This document shows, one piece after another, positions 61,879-64,000 of a stretch of 64,000 bases of DNA. The DNA is from Raillietiella orientalis (Eukaryota), in contig JAYWIR010000004.1 in assembly GCA_036172245.1 (NCBI GenBank), forward strand, positions 1,116,001 through 1,180,000. The letters run 5' to 3'. Within the stretch, counting starts at the first letter, position 1. Every line of letters begins with the position of its first letter. Both the position numbers and the translations under genes were made by a program. Under the pieces are notes generated by a model. It was not told the DNA's origin. It searched no databases and saw only the letters and a list, made by a program, of their open reading frames with translations.

Positions 61879-62721
61879 ATGGGATTAGAAAATAGTACTC
61901 CAGTGAAATCATGGAAAGTTAAAAAATCTAAATCAATTGATGATGAATTATCTTCTCCTCAACATAGCGCATGTTCTGATCTAGATTTCTCATATGTAAC
62001 CCCTGAGACCATGCTACCTATTGGAGGTGAGATTGTATGTTTAGGAGTTTAACAGAAAAAATAGCTTGTTGTTAAGGGATATCTAAGAGCCACCGCCGAT
62101 TTTTATCTAAGGCGTCTACGTTCCCTGCTCCAGCATTAAGGAAACAGCCAAGAGTGAAGCTTCATGATATTGTTGTCATTAATGAAGGTTCAAACCCAAC
62201 TAATGATTTTCAAGAAGAATGGAATAGATTGAAGGTTTGGAGAAGTTTATAGAATATCGTGTATCTGTTTATCAGGAGCTGAAGCCTATGCAACCTATCT
62301 TGGATCACAATGGCAAGAAAAAAGGCAGAAGACCATGCAGTCTGCAGCCAATTGATGCAAAATCATTGCTATTAATGAGCTCAAGATTCCAAGAATTTGT
62401 CCAGGACCATGTGAACGAATCAATCAAGTATCAGCAAATTATCTTCGCAAAAATAAAGCAGGTTGGCTATGGTTATTAAGACAATTTGTGATAGAAAATT
62501 AATGTTAGTTGGAAAATCAAGCTTCCAGTATCCTTGAAAATTTTAACAATAATTACAAACTAGCGAGAGATTACATAGATATTGCAGCAAATCTACAGGA
62601 GACTATGGATGCCTTGGGTCAGAATCAAAAATTATTTGAAGAAGTGCAAATCAAACTTATTAAACTGAATGAACAACTACCAGAAGAGCATTGTATGAAC
62701 ACTTGCTCTACTCTCAATTGA
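61879..62721 (+). CDS. BORCS5: BORC subunit 5 (myrlysin/LOH12CR1/SAM-4-like), 4 exons
   Basis: N-terminal MG, KLHDIVVINEGS, RLKELKPMQPIL, LQPIDAKSLLLMSSRFQEFV and KLNEQLPEE resemble BORCS5 motifs recalled from memory. Introns are canonical and short. Confidence 0.75.
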
Positions 62722-63774
62722 ATTGTAACTTCATTCTGTACTTGAAGGCTGAGGATTTGAATGTATGGTGACAAAGATGAATGCAAATTGCTTGTGGTGT
62801 TGACCAATGCAGTGAGTAAACTAAATGAAATTTTTAGTAGTATTTATTGTGTTAAGAACTGAGCTCAGTATGTGTGTGGCACCATGTATTGTTTTTGATC
62901 ACAAAGTTTTACTTATGTAAACCTCTGTGTTTATTTTATTTAAAGATTCTATGTTTGTAAAGTTTCTAAAGAATGAAATGGAGACTGAATTATCTTTATG
63001 GAAGTTGTTTCAAAATCTTACATAGTATTTACAATATTTTGAAAAAACAAAGAAAATTCAGAATTTACTTCCTTTGTCTGACAAGGGAAATTTGTGTCTG
63101 ATTGTCAGTGATAAACCAGGTATTTAAGGACAACAACTGTTCATGTTCACTGAAAGATCAGTTTTTTTATTATAAATATGATAATTACTAATAGTGTGTT
63201 TATATTTTTATAGCTTCCAAGAATTGCTGCTTTGTGGTTTTTTATTATCTATAAATTTACTTCATTGTAGATTCATTTATTTATGCAAAGAGCACAGATG
63301 GAAATCAGTGCAACTCAGACATAGAAGCTTTGTTTTAACAGTGGATATAGGAAATGCCTGTATCAAGAATGAACTGAAAGAAATGTGATGAAAAGTCTTC
63401 TAACTCAATCTAAAAAAATTAAGTTCTTGTAGACATAAAAAATTCAAAGTATATTGACAATAAATCCAATATAGATTATGTCTGCACCAATTTGTATCTA
63501 CATTTTTATCGAATTTGCTCAAGAGCAGCAAATTCAAATTGGATGAAATTATGAACTTATGTAATCCATTGAAAAACAAAAAGGTAAAAAAAATGAAAGT
63601 GCAGAAGAATTTGTTGAATATAGTGATTGATGAATGAGTTGTTACTGCATAGTGTAGCCAGATACATCAAAACTTCATACATTTTGACTGACTGGGATTT
63701 AGTCAAATGCAAAAGAATAAAATAATTTGATTTCTAGCCCAGTTGAAAGCATACAATGTTTAATAAGCTTTGTA

Positions 63775-63992
63775 AAGTATATTGGTTTGGAAAAGTTGAA
63801 AAGTTTTAGAAATAATTCTTTGGAAAGCTGGCTTATGATGACATGAAAATATACAGATTGTGTAATGGTTACATATTACAGTGTCGAAGCATTTATATGC
63901 TCAATGAAAACTGACTTCGTGTTTGCAGGTGGCAATGTTACTTATCACTGTACACGATTAGAGTTGCCCTGTGGCAAACCAAGCATGTTTGT
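63775..63992 (+). repeat. ~220-bp direct repeat, copy 2
   Basis: Matches 61502-61720. Confidence 0.92.
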
Positions 63993-64000
63993 CAAAAACA

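Overview
Eukaryotic, intron-containing DNA. The ~50-nt introns and astacin-EGF-CUB proteases suggest a nematode (inference). Recognisable host genes are two paralogous astacin-EGF-CUB metalloproteases (a 3' part at 562-2576 and a near-complete copy at 36355-42173), NOB1 (-), a stop-interrupted Rab44/CRACR2A/RASEF-type GTPase (+), RBM28 (-), BBS7 (-) and BORCS5 (+). Roughly 1-10.6 kb is duplicated at roughly 39.7-47.8 kb, and in the second copy NOB1 is replaced by an inverted remnant plus a LINE fragment. The GC-rich 17.5-33.6 kb block is a nest of decayed L1/Tx1-like non-LTR retrotransposons inserted into one another in both orientations. Three observations stand out. (i) These LINEs end not in poly(A) but in a conserved structured tail: a covarying hairpin with a CUGCG-type loop, a GGCC pseudoknot in some copies, AATAAA, and a terminal CCGG hairpin. 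The ends are fixed by target-site duplications. (ii) A ~1.1-kb hairpin-rich SINE family has the same body and tail but different tRNA-like heads, and one insertion is proven by a paralogous empty site. (iii) One CUB exon differs at 24 of 70 residues between astacin paralogs whose neighbouring intron and EGF exon are nearly identical. All alignments were done by eye and no database searches were run.
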